Assembly: GCF_001306055.1 (NCBI RefSeq)
Contig: NZ_LGHJ01000011.1
Location: 30,001-62,000 of the forward strand
From: Bellilinea caldifistulae
GTDB lineage: Bacteria; Chloroflexota; Anaerolineae; Anaerolineales; Anaerolineaceae
DNA length: 32,000 nt
Direction: 5' to 3'
The notes under the pieces were generated by a model that was not told where the DNA came from, made no database searches, and saw only the letters and a list, made by a program, of their open reading frames with translations. The position numbers were made by a program, and so were the translations under genes. Positions 16,199 to 25,500 of the stretch are shown piece after piece. The number at the start of each line of letters is the position of its first letter. Position 1 is the first letter of the stretch.

Positions 16199-16291
16199 CT
16201 ACTGCTTCGCCGCCCAGCGCAAGAGCCGGTCAAGCACCAGCCCGGCGCAAAGCCCTGCCGCAAAGATTCCTGCCATCAAAGTCCATTCCAT
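16199..16291 (-). CDS. Candidate 30-aa single-TM micropeptide
   Basis: ATG at 16291 is preceded by AAGGAGG 6 nt upstream. Product: MEWTLMAGIFAAGLCAGLVLDRLLRWAAKQ. It exactly fills the gap between the ICMT and adhesin genes. Confidence 0.4.
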   Translation of the reverse strand: MEWTLMAGIFAAGLCAGLVLDRLLRWAAKQ

Positions 16292-16302
16292 CGCAAACCT
16301 CC

Positions 16303-16875
16303 TTACCAGACGAACGGCAGCAGCCGCCAGCGTACCCGCTGACCGTAGTCGGCGTAGCCGTCCAGAATGCGCTCTTCCCAGCCAATCCGCAGGACGAAAA
16401 CAAAGACGATTGCACAGAATAAAAGACCGTTCCATGCGTTCAGGTTGGAGAGCGTGACCGCACCGAACGAAAGCAACTCCCCGGCATACATCGGATGGCG
16501 GATGAAGCGGTACGCCCCGCCCACCACCAGCCCCCTGTCCGCCGGGGCAATCCCGAAACTCTGTCCCAGAGACGCCAGTCCCCACAGCGAAAACACCACC
16601 CCGCCAAAAGCCACAACCAGCCAGATGTTTTCCTGCGCCGCAGGCTGCAAGCCGAACGGCAAGACCGCCGCAAGCCAGGCGGTCAGTTTGCGGGTCAGGT
16701 TTGCCCCGCTCTTCTCCGCCCGGCGGGTCAGGAACAGGAAGGCCGCCAGCCCGGACTGCACCGCCAGTGGCAAAGCCATCCACGACCCTGCCGTGACCTG
16801 CGCCAGCCGGATGCCCAGCAAGAGGGCAAACACCACTGCGCCAATCCAGTCCCCGGCCTTCCAGCGTCTCCACAT
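16303..16875 (-). CDS. Isoprenylcysteine carboxyl methyltransferase (ICMT)/phospholipid methyltransferase-family membrane protein
   Basis: Multi-TM protein with the family signature GAYRFIRHPMYAGELL...EERIL. GAGGTG SD lies 5 nt upstream of ATG 16875. The overlapping 229-aa ORF in another frame is Gly/Arg-rich. Confidence 0.85.
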   Translation of the reverse strand: MWRRWKAGDWIGAVVFALLLGIRLAQVTAGSWMALPLAVQSGLAAFLFLTRRAEKSGANLTRKLTAWLAAVLPFGLQPAAQENIWLVVAFGGVVFSLWGLASLGQSFGIAPADRGLVVGGAYRFIRHPMYAGELLSFGAVTLSNLNAWNGLLFCAIVFVFVLRIGWEERILDGYADYGQRVRWRLLPFVW

Positions 16876-16884
16876 CGCCGCACC

Positions 16885-17748
16885 TCAAAAGGCACTGAAC
16901 AGAGCCAGCAAAATCGGCAAGAGGATGGCCACCATGAAGGGCGCAAAGAAGAACACGGTCATCGGCATCAAGAGGGTGTTATCCAGACTAGCCGCCGCCA
17001 TCTGCACATGCGCCCGGTACTCACGGGCAAAGCCCCTTGCCACCTCGCTCATCACCCGCGGGCCTTCCACACCCTTGCCCGCCACCTGATCCAACTGCAC
17101 CCCAAAGCGCAAGAGGGCGGGCAGGTTGTACCTTGCCAGCACTTCCAGCACCACCCCCTCCGCCGTGCCGCTGGTGAAAGCCGGGCGTCCAGAGCGGGAC
17201 GATTCGGACACGGCTTCTTTGAGGATTTTCCCCAGCGGGCCGGGTATCTCCGCTGCCCGTGAGAGGGCCTGCTCCGGGCTTGCCCCGGCCGACATCTCCG
17301 CCGCCAGTGCAGTCGCCGTTTCGGGCATCAGCCGTTGAATCTCCGCCCGCGTGTCATTGGCAGCACTGCGTACCCGCAGGATGGGGTAGTAAGCGGCAAT
17401 TGGCACGGCCAGCCAGAAGATCGGCCCCGGTTGAGTCAAGAGCAGATAGACCAGCACCGCCCCGCCGTACACCAGACTGCGGGCAAGGATACCGCCCACC
17501 GTCCAGTCGGCGTACTTACCGCCCAACTGCGCCATCTTCAGGTGGTCAACAAGGCTCCCCGGACGGGTCTTGATGTACTGCTCGCCGTAGCGGTCAAAGG
17601 CGGACTGGTTACTGCCGTCCAGCATTCCGCTTACCCGCGCCGCCGCGCCCCGCTCGAACCGAATGGTCTTTGCCATGCGGTAGGCAAAGAATGCCGCCAG
17701 TGCCGCAAGGACAAGTGCCACGATTTGCCGTACCTGATATGCGTCCAT
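16885..17748 (-). CDS. tadC: TadC-like pilus assembly inner-membrane platform protein (GspF/T2SS-F domain)
   Basis: N-terminal TM, central soluble helical domain and C-terminal TM pair (LLMPMTVFFFAPFMVAILLPILLALF), typical of TadB/TadC. It follows tadA-tadB in the canonical order. ATG 17748 is 1 nt after the upstream stop (alternative TTG 17766). Confidence 0.75.
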   Translation of the reverse strand: MDAYQVRQIVALVLAALAAFFAYRMAKTIRFERGAAARVSGMLDGSNQSAFDRYGEQYIKTRPGSLVDHLKMAQLGGKYADWTVGGILARSLVYGGAVLVYLLLTQPGPIFWLAVPIAAYYPILRVRSAANDTRAEIQRLMPETATALAAEMSAGASPEQALSRAAEIPGPLGKILKEAVSESSRSGRPAFTSGTAEGVVLEVLARYNLPALLRFGVQLDQVAGKGVEGPRVMSEVARGFAREYRAHVQMAAASLDNTLLMPMTVFFFAPFMVAILLPILLALFSAF

Positions 17749-17749
17749 C

Positions 17750-18682
17750 TCAAAATGCCTCGTCAATCAGTTTGTTCATAAAGCCCCAGCCGAACAGCAT
17801 CAGCAGGATGATTCCGGCATACGCCAGCTGCACAATCGGCTGCTGGACGGTGGCCGCCAGAGCCTCATTCCGCAGAATCAAGACCATCACAAAGGCCGTG
17901 ATTCCGGCAATCAGGCGCACGCTGCCTTTGGCACTCTTGCCGGTCGCCTGTCCCAAGACCCGCGCATCCAGCACGCCTTCCAGATTCTTGCTGGCCATCT
18001 CGAAGGCCGTCTCCCACTCCTTGCCGCCCGTCCGCCACAAGCGTCCCAGCAGAAAGACCACAATCCCCAAACTAGACGAAAGACCGAACGCTTCACGGGT
18101 CAACCCGTCCAATGCCTCGAAGCCTTCCCGCTGACAGCGCGGCAGGAACTCATCCCGCAGCCAGGTCTGCAATGCCCCACCCGCTTGCAATGTCCGCAGT
18201 TCATCCTCTACCGCTTGCAGGACGTTCGGCGTGACCTGCACGGTAGAAGATAGCCCGGTCAGAAACAGCGGGATTTCCTTCTCGATGTCCTGTTTGACCT
18301 GCGCCCAGGCCCCGTCAATCAGGCCGTTGAACAAAATCCAGCCACCCGCGAAACCAATCAGGCTGGTCAGGGTCGGCAGTCCCAAGACCGTGTTCAGGAC
18401 GATGAACACCGCCACCCCCGCCGCAATGCGGGCGACATCGCGGGCAAAGCGTTCCCGCCCGGCCACATCCAGCCCCAACTTGCGAAACGCCAGCCGCAAG
18501 CGGTGGGCTTCACTGCCGAAAGCCACTTTTTCTTCCTGCTGCTGGATACCGGTCAGGGCGGCCACCCGACTCTCCGCCCGGCTGCGCAGCTGCAAACCCA
18601 CTGCCAGCCGGTAGGCGATGAACGCCACCGCTCCCGCACCCACCAGCGGTACTACCTGCCGCACAATCGCCATCGCTTCCAT
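17750..18682 (-). CDS. tadB: TadB-like pilus assembly inner-membrane platform protein (GspF/T2SS-F domain)
   Basis: ATG 18682 with AGGAGG 5 nt upstream. TM-soluble-TM architecture similar to the next gene. It lies immediately downstream of the CpaF/TadA ATPase. Confidence 0.75.
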   Translation of the reverse strand: MEAMAIVRQVVPLVGAGAVAFIAYRLAVGLQLRSRAESRVAALTGIQQQEEKVAFGSEAHRLRLAFRKLGLDVAGRERFARDVARIAAGVAVFIVLNTVLGLPTLTSLIGFAGGWILFNGLIDGAWAQVKQDIEKEIPLFLTGLSSTVQVTPNVLQAVEDELRTLQAGGALQTWLRDEFLPRCQREGFEALDGLTREAFGLSSSLGIVVFLLGRLWRTGGKEWETAFEMASKNLEGVLDARVLGQATGKSAKGSVRLIAGITAFVMVLILRNEALAATVQQPIVQLAYAGIILLMLFGWGFMNKLIDEAF

Positions 18683-18684
18683 GC

Positions 18685-19929
18685 CTACCTCCTGCTCACC
18701 GGCTTCATGCTCTTGTCGCCAAAGGCGTACAACTGCTCGAACGCCACATTGCCGCCTTTGAGTTCGGATTGAATCTCCCACACGCCAATCAGGCGGCGTT
18801 TGTCGCCGCTGCGGGGAACGCCCACCTGCACCAGCACCTCGATACCCTGGGCAATCAGGTCTTTGGCGTTCATCCGCTCGATTTTGGCGTCCACACCCAT
18901 GATCAACGCCATGCGGGATACCATCGCCTCCGGGCCTTCGGCGTGGAAGGTCGAAAGTCCGGGATGGTCACTCATTTGCGCCCGGAACAGGGCTGCGGCG
19001 GCATCGCCGGTACGCACTTCGCCCACGATCAACCACTTGGGGGACATCCGCATGGCGTCATCTACGCCGTGCCGCAGGGTATAGTCCTGCACGCTGGTAC
19101 TGCCCAGGGGGGCTTTGCGGGCTTCGATGGTGACCACATGCGGGTGTTCCATCCAGATTTCCTCCGGGTCTTCGATTTTGACCACCCGCGCATCCTTCGG
19201 GATGGCGTTGCACATCGCCGAGAGAAAGGTCGTCTTGCCGCTGGCCGTCCCGCCGATGACCAGCATCCGCACGCCACGACTGACCGCTGCAAGCAAATCG
19301 GCGATGACATTCTCCGGGGCTACCTGCCACTCGATCAGTTTCTCCGGTTTGACCGGCGCAGGCTCGAACAGGCGGATATTGACCGAATACATGCCCGCCC
19401 GTGAAGGGACGATGGCAGGGTGCAGCACATGCACCCGCGCCCCGCCTTTCAGTCCCGGCAGCGATTCAATCCGGGGCAGTTTTGCGCTCACGGTAGGTAA
19501 TGCCTCGCTGATGCCTCTACCGGTAGGACGCAGCAACGCCTCTACCATCCGCCCACAAGATTGCTGGTCGAGGTTCATCTCCACCGGCGAAAACTGTACT
19601 GCCCCCTTTTTGAGGACAAATACCTTGCCTTCCGGGGTGATGGTGATTTCCGAAAGGTCATCCCGCCGCAGAAGCGGCAGCAACGCCCCCAGTCCGTTGA
19701 CCCGTCCCACTACCTTCTCCGCCAGGGACAGCATCACATCGCGGGGGACATCCAGCCTGCGGCGGGCCAGCACTTCGCCCACCGCCCCTACCGCCCGCTG
19801 GTTGAGGGTGTCCACATCCACCATCTGGCGGAAGGTCAGGCCATTGGCCAGGTCGTTAGCAGCGTCTTGAATGACCAGTTCCTGCTCGTCCGCCGAAAGC
19901 GTTACCTGCTGAAAGAAGTCCCACGACAT
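18685..19929 (-). CDS. tadA: CpaF/TadA-type pilus assembly ATPase (VirB11/GspE superfamily)
   Basis: Walker A LVIGGTASGKTTFL, then ARVVKIEDPEEI (Asp box), Walker B-like WLIVGEVR, and His box STFHA. The length (~414 aa) is typical for CpaF. Confidence 0.92.
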   Translation of the reverse strand: MSWDFFQQVTLSADEQELVIQDAANDLANGLTFRQMVDVDTLNQRAVGAVGEVLARRRLDVPRDVMLSLAEKVVGRVNGLGALLPLLRRDDLSEITITPEGKVFVLKKGAVQFSPVEMNLDQQSCGRMVEALLRPTGRGISEALPTVSAKLPRIESLPGLKGGARVHVLHPAIVPSRAGMYSVNIRLFEPAPVKPEKLIEWQVAPENVIADLLAAVSRGVRMLVIGGTASGKTTFLSAMCNAIPKDARVVKIEDPEEIWMEHPHVVTIEARKAPLGSTSVQDYTLRHGVDDAMRMSPKWLIVGEVRTGDAAAALFRAQMSDHPGLSTFHAEGPEAMVSRMALIMGVDAKIERMNAKDLIAQGIEVLVQVGVPRSGDKRRLIGVWEIQSELKGGNVAFEQLYAFGDKSMKPVSRR

Positions 19930-19932
19930 CGC

Positions 19933-21225
19933 TCACCCCTTGCGAATGCGAATCGGCCCCAGTTTCACCACACCTGCATCACTGCGAAAGCCGTTATCGC
20001 TGGTTTTCTGCCCGAACAGCAAATCGCCCAACTTGTGAATCGGACGGGCAAAGTTCTCCGATGCGGTGAGTACGGAACGCCCGGCGTTAGCCGTTACCGC
20101 TACTTCGGGTATCTCCGGTATCACCGCCGTGACCGGCGGGAAGGCGGTCAGTCCGGCGGATTGAGCGAACGCCCGTGCCGCCTCGTGCCACTCGTTCATG
20201 CCGAGCAGCCCATTGCGCCCCCGATTCAAGACCACAAACACATTGGACGCCCCAACCCGGTGCTGCCCGGCGAGTTTCTGGAACACCACCCGGTAGGCTT
20301 CCGCCGTGATGACCGCATGGTCAATCGTGGGGTTGGAGACCAGTACCAGCGTGTTACTGGCACTGATCGCCGAGGGATAACAACCCGAAACGGGCGTGTC
20401 GAAAATAATCACGGCATAGCCGCCGTAGGTGGCGGCAATCGCCAGGCTGTTGATACTGCTCTGCTCTTCCGGTTTTTGCAGCAAGTCCTTCTCCCGCAGG
20501 CTGTCCTGCAAACCCACCAGCACATCCAGCCCGCCAAACGACTGCACTGCCGGTTGTATGCCGTCCGCAAAGGTCGGACGGGACAGCCACAGGGACAGGT
20601 TCGGGGTGGTTTTCAGGTTCAGGAAGGTGGGCAGGGACACATCCGGCGCGCTCAACCCCACCAGCAGGGTCTTGAAGCCCCGCTGGGCAGCGTCCAGCGC
20701 CAGCGCGGTAGCAATCGTACTTTTGCCCGTCCCGCCAGCCCGGTTCCACACCGTAATCACCCGCAGCCCGCCGATGGTGGTGGCGGTCTGCTGCCAGCGT
20801 GCCTGTCCTGCCAGGGCCGGAGCTTGCGAGCGCAGCGCCCCGATTTCCGCCATGATGCGGGCGGACAGGTCGGGGATATTGACATCCCCCACGAACACAC
20901 CCTTGACGCTGGTCATCTCCCGAATCGGGCGGATGATTTCATCCGGCACGCCGCCGGGCAAGACCACATACGCCGCTCCCTGCACGCGGGTCAGGAATTG
21001 GGTCAGCGGTTCCGGCCCGCTGAAAATCGCCGCATCCAGCAGGATGACTTCGGGGTTGTAGGACAGTTTGGCCTGCAAGTCCTGCGGGTCGGTCGCCAGC
21101 GTCACCACCCGAAAGCGGCTGTCCATCTGGAACGCCTGACTCCACACCCCCAGGCGGCTGGGCGGCCCCGCCAGCAGCAGGGTCACGGCATCCTGATTGC
21201 TCTCGTTACTCGTTCCCCATGCCAT
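19933..21225 (-). CDS. tadZ: TadZ/CpaE-like protein: N-terminal receiver-like domain + ParA/MinD-type ATPase
   Basis: ATG 21225 with GAGGTGG SD. The N-terminal ~120 aa are CheY-like (VTLLLAG...VILLDAAI). The deviant Walker A is VWNRAGGTGKSTIATALA. It sits between cpaB and tadA, as in Tad loci. Confidence 0.8.
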   Translation of the reverse strand: MAWGTSNESNQDAVTLLLAGPPSRLGVWSQAFQMDSRFRVVTLATDPQDLQAKLSYNPEVILLDAAIFSGPEPLTQFLTRVQGAAYVVLPGGVPDEIIRPIREMTSVKGVFVGDVNIPDLSARIMAEIGALRSQAPALAGQARWQQTATTIGGLRVITVWNRAGGTGKSTIATALALDAAQRGFKTLLVGLSAPDVSLPTFLNLKTTPNLSLWLSRPTFADGIQPAVQSFGGLDVLVGLQDSLREKDLLQKPEEQSSINSLAIAATYGGYAVIIFDTPVSGCYPSAISASNTLVLVSNPTIDHAVITAEAYRVVFQKLAGQHRVGASNVFVVLNRGRNGLLGMNEWHEAARAFAQSAGLTAFPPVTAVIPEIPEVAVTANAGRSVLTASENFARPIHKLGDLLFGQKTSDNGFRSDAGVVKLGPIRIRKG

Positions 21226-21239
21226 AGCCCACCTCGTTG

Positions 21240-22079
21240 TTACTGCCCGGCTGCAAAGCCCAGCGGGGTCGGCGTGGGGGTCGGGGTCATCTGACGGATG
21301 ACCAGTTCCGGCAGCCACAAGCCGCTTGTGTTCATCGGTTGGGCCTCGTCCGGCATCAGATACAGCGACAATTTGACATTGTCAGCCTGGTCGAGGGCGG
21401 AGAGCAGTTCCACCGCATTGACCAGCCGTACGGCGGTGGTGGCTTCAATGCCCGATGATTGGAAGTCGTACACGACTGCCTGCGCTTTGGCAGGCACGGC
21501 CAGCACCACCACGCCCTCTTTGCTGCGCTGCCGCTGCACGGCGATGCCGGTCTGCGGGTCGGGGGTGATGATTCGTCCGGCGGCTTCCGCCGGGTCTTCC
21601 GCCTGAAAACTCGGCTGGATGTACAGCACCCGCAGGTTCTCTACGGTTGCCTTGCTGAATACGCCCTGCACGGTGTAGTCGCCGTCCGTCAGGACGGCGG
21701 TCACGCCCACCCGGTCACCGGGGCGGATGATGCCTGCCAGCCCCGCCGAATCACTCACCTGGATGGCCACCGCCCGCTCGTCCGGCTGCAAGGTAACCGG
21801 CTTTTCGCCCAGATGAGCGGTCAGAATCAGGTCGCCTGCACTGCGGTCAATCCGCAGGGCTTGACCCACTGCTTGGGAAGGGTCGGTAATTGCCCCTTCC
21901 GGCGGCAGCAAGTCCGCCGGGACGCCCTTCATCACCAGGTCACCCTCCGTCAGGATATGACCGGCAGGCAGGTCAACGGCAGCAACCGCCACCTGCGTCT
22001 GCTCGGGCGGACGCAGCATGGCTAACGCCACAAAGAAAACCAATGCGGCTAACAGGTAGGGTAGGTATTTCTTAATCAC
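21240..22079 (-). CDS. cpaB: CpaB/RcpC-like Flp pilus assembly protein (SAF + RcpC domains) with C-terminal TPTPTP tail
   Basis: N-terminal TM YLPYLLAALVFFVALAML, followed by VAVAAVDLPAGHILTEGDLVMKGVP (SAF-like). GTG start 22079 forms a GTGA overlap with the upstream stop. Confidence 0.85.
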   Translation of the reverse strand: MIKKYLPYLLAALVFFVALAMLRPPEQTQVAVAAVDLPAGHILTEGDLVMKGVPADLLPPEGAITDPSQAVGQALRIDRSAGDLILTAHLGEKPVTLQPDERAVAIQVSDSAGLAGIIRPGDRVGVTAVLTDGDYTVQGVFSKATVENLRVLYIQPSFQAEDPAEAAGRIITPDPQTGIAVQRQRSKEGVVVLAVPAKAQAVVYDFQSSGIEATTAVRLVNAVELLSALDQADNVKLSLYLMPDEAQPMNTSGLWLPELVIRQMTPTPTPTPLGFAAGQ

Positions 22080-22276
22080 GCTTCACCTCGCAGATATTGA
22101 TTTGCGCCATCGTAGATGGCCAGTGCCTCACCGAACTCACGCAAATCACAATGCACCACCCGCTGCCTGCTGCCGTCCTTTTCCGTGACAATCAACAGGA
22201 CATACTGCGGCTGAATCGGGATGGCGTTCACGATTTCGCTCAATGGAATGCGTTGATTTCGGTCTTGCTCGTTCAT
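22076..22276 (-). CDS. Small hypothetical protein (66 aa)
   Basis: ATG 22276 forms an ATGA overlap with the upstream stop. Product MNEQDRNQRIPLSEIVNAIPIQPQYVLLIVTEKDGSRQRVVHCDLREFGEALAIYDGANQYLRGEA looks soluble. The longer 111-aa ORF-track version overlaps the upstream gene. Confidence 0.5.
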   Translation of the reverse strand: MNEQDRNQRIPLSEIVNAIPIQPQYVLLIVTEKDGSRQRVVHCDLREFGEALAIYDGANQYLRGEA

Positions 22277-22524
22277 TTTGCTTTCGTCTCCGTAACGGTT
22301 GGGGTAACGGTTAGTGTCGGTTTGGGGGTCGGGGTCTTGATCTCCGTCCACCACTGCGTCCGTTCCACCTGCGGAACGGGCGTATTGGTCGAAAGAAACA
22401 CGCCCCGCCATACGGTTGCGGTGGCCAGCGGCTGCCAGCGTTCGCCGCTCATTCCCTCGCTCACCAGCAGGATGACCGCCACCATCAGCACGAAAACCAA
22501 AAGCGGTACGAAGGCTTTGCTCAC
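22273..22524 (-). CDS. Small membrane-anchored protein with T/P-rich tail (83 aa)
   Basis: GTG 22524 forms a GTGA overlap with the ATPase stop, with GGGGAGGA 7 nt upstream. TM segment FVPLLVFVLMVAVILLV. C-terminal TPTPKPTLTVTPTVTE. Confidence 0.55.
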   Translation of the reverse strand: MSKAFVPLLVFVLMVAVILLVSEGMSGERWQPLATATVWRGVFLSTNTPVPQVERTQWWTEIKTPTPKPTLTVTPTVTETKAK

Positions 22525-25500
22525 AGCGTTATCCTCCCCAGTTTCTCGGCAATCTCCGCATCGGTCGGCTCCGGTACGTCCAGCATCAGCGGACGGAACA
22601 GAATCGGCAGCTGCATCTCGCGGCTGTGGGCATACGGGAAACGCCCGATCACCATCCCGATATGCTCATCCGCCAGAAACCGCCGCCAGGGTTCGTCCAC
22701 GAAGCCCTTTTCGCTTCTCGCAATCGCCGAAAGCACGATGTCCTTGTCTTTGGGGGTTTTCAGAAAGCCCACCACCAGGTTGTTGCAGGATGAGATGATG
22801 CCCGAAGGGATGAGTGAGGGGCTTTGGGTCACCACCCCAAAGTACGCCCCGTACTTCCTCGAATCCCGGAACATATTGCTGTACTGCTCGCCCACCGTTG
22901 GCGCGCTTCTGCCCTCTGTGGCATCTCCGCCGCCTTCCAGCCCGGTGAAGATGATGTTGGCCTCTTCAAACACCATGAACAAATCCGCTTCACCCCGGTT
23001 GATTTGCTTCTCCCGCCGGGCCACCATGTCGGAGTAAATCAGCCAGCCCGCCCAGCCCAAGAGCCAGGCTTTGGCGAAGTTGTCCAGAAACTTGCCGCCT
23101 TCCAGCACCACCACGCCGTTGGGTCGGCCCAAGTCCTCTACCGGTATCGCATCCGCTCCGGGCTGGAACTGCGCCGCCGGTGCGCCCCGCACCAGCGACT
23201 TCAACCGCCACAGGATACCTTCCAGCACGCCCCGCCCTACCTGGTCGCGCGGGTTGAGCGAGTCGTATTCCCGCTCGATCTCCTCGTACAGGTCGCCCAG
23301 CCCCACCCGCTTGCTGCGCTCCACCGCCACTCTTTGGCGGTCATCCGCCGAGAGGTCGCCCAGGGGTGTGCCTTCCACCAGCCCCAGCCGGGCGGCTTCC
23401 TCCGCCGAAACCCGCCCGTACTGCGGGTCAGCCCGCACCAGCGGGTCGTCCACCATCACACCCACGCTCAGATACACCCGCCGCACCGCATCCAGCAGGC
23501 GGTGCTGCTGTTGTTTCTGCCCTAACTGCGCCACACTGCCGAAAATATCGGCAAAGGCTTTCAGTTGCGTCTCCGGGTTGATGTATGTCCCGATTTGCAG
23601 CGGGTTCCAGCGCAAAGGTCGGACGCCATCGGGACGCAGTTGGCGGATGTCCACCCGCCCTTCCAGTCCGGGGGCATTCAGCAAACTGCGCCAGGCAAAG
23701 CCAAAGTCCAGCACCACCACCCGCATGTTCCAGCGGTAGGCAATCTCATACGCCATCCGCACCGCCGCCACGCTCTTGCCCCAGCCGGTATCCCCGGCAA
23801 ACATGGTGTGCATCAGGCGGGGCTTGTCCAGTCTGACCGGCGCATTGGTCAGGTCGGCGGTATTCGGGCTGTACTGGTGCCCCAGTACCACCTCGCCGGG
23901 CATTTTCGGGTAGAAGCCCATCCCGTCCGGGATCGGGGCAATCACTTTCAGCGTGCCTTCCTGCAAGAGAGAGGGTGCGACATACGCCGCCACCTTGTCC
24001 GCCGGGAGCAGGCTGGCGTAGCGCCAGAACAACCAGCCATCGAAGGGGTCGTGCGGGTCGTTCGTCCTCGCCTTGAACGGCACGAACGCCCGTGCCGCTT
24101 CCATGACCGCCTCTCTCTCCGCCTCCGGCGGTTCGGCGGTCAAGACCGGCGTGGGTGCGCCCTCGCCGTAGAAGGCTTCCGGCACGAGGCTTGCCGCTGC
24201 CACCGCCGCCCGCTCCGAGTCGGTCAGCAGGTAGGCACTGGTCACAAAGCCCCCCGAATGAGTTGCCGTGTTCAACAGCCCCTCGAAGCCCCGCAGGATT
24301 TCCGTCAGCCGTTCGGCCACATCGTCCTCCACCTGCCAGGTGCGGTTGAGGTTGATCGCCGGGGCCAGCCCGTAGGTCAGCCCCGCCCCGGCGGTCTGTG
24401 CGCCGATACTCGAGCGGGTCTGTCCGTAGGCATCCGTCTCACCGTAGCCCCTGCCAAACCCCTGACTGCGGGTGTGCGCTTCGCCAGTGGTGTTGGTCTC
24501 GCTGTTCATGGTCGTGACCACCCGGCTGGTCGAGCGTGACCAGCCGCTGCTCTCCACCACCCCTTGCGAGGTGGCATTGCCAACCGTCTGTCCCGTGCCG
24601 CGACTCTCACCCGTGCCGGTCGTCCAGCTCTCGCCGGTGGTGTCCGCCCGTCCGTGCATCTCGCTGGTGGACTGGAAACTGCCCGATGAGGCAAACTGGC
24701 TCTGGCTTTGGGTCAGGTTCCACGATTCGCTCACGCCCATCCCGCCGCCCAGGTCGATCTTGGCCACCCCCACGTTGATTCCGCCACCGGCGTTGACGGA
24801 CTGGTTGAGGCTCGTCCCATGTCCCAAAGCCCAGCCGCTCCCGCTGCCCGCCGTCTGGCTCGTCCCGCTCGAACTGCCCCATGCGCTCGATTCGGTCTGG
24901 CTCTGCATCCGGCTGTGGCTCTGCATGGTGCTTTGGGCCTGCATGGTACTCTGACTCTCCATCTGGCTCGTCCCCTGCATCACGCTGCGGCTGCCCGATT
25001 CGCTCTCCGATTCGCCCAGACTCACGCTCGACCCTCTCGTGACCGAGTGCGAACGGCTCTCCGTGTCCGCCTCGCCCCAGTTCTGATTCCAGGCTTCCGC
25101 CTGACTGTGGGCGTGGCTGTCTGCCCGTCCGCCCGCTCCCGAATAGCCGTGCGCCAATGCGTTGAAAATCGGGATACCCACCGAAAAGCCGATGGACTTG
25201 CTGCCCTTGCGCCGGGAGGCGTAATTGCTGGCAATCCGTGCCATCTGCTCCAGGTCCCGCACCAGTTCCCCGCGCGGCACATGGTCGCTGACCACCTGAA
25301 AGACAAAGTTCTCCCGCAGTTTTGCCAGTCCTCTGAACAGAATCTCGTTCTGCTCGATGGCCAGGTCGTCCGCTTCTTCCGGCAGTGCGCCGTCTCGTCC
25401 CGTCCCCCGCCGTTTCACTCTCGGGTCGGGGTGGCCGAGTAACGCCAGCGGTTTCCTCGCACTGCTCAAAAACTCGACATACCAGCGGATGATGTCCAGA

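Noticed and set aside
16199-16888. 229-aa ORF overlapping the ICMT gene in another frame
   Set aside because: It is Gly/Arg/Ala-rich, whereas the 16303-16875 frame carries the RHPMY signature and TM helices. Only its last 30 codons (16199-16291), which have their own SD, were kept as a tentative micropeptide.
19561-21294. 577-aa + strand ORF, the second-longest + strand ORF in the window
   Set aside because: It is antisense to the well-supported tadZ and tadA genes. Its translation is Arg/Gly/His/Pro/Gln-rich with no motifs and no SD. This is a typical shadow ORF of high-GC DNA.
22738-25442. Several 220-324-aa + strand ORFs (22824-23525, 23071-23739, 23565-24539, 24708-25442)
   Set aside because: All lie antisense to the 1124-aa ATPase gene, which has Walker motifs and an SD. 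Their compositions are Arg/Pro/Ala/His-biased and they mutually overlap.
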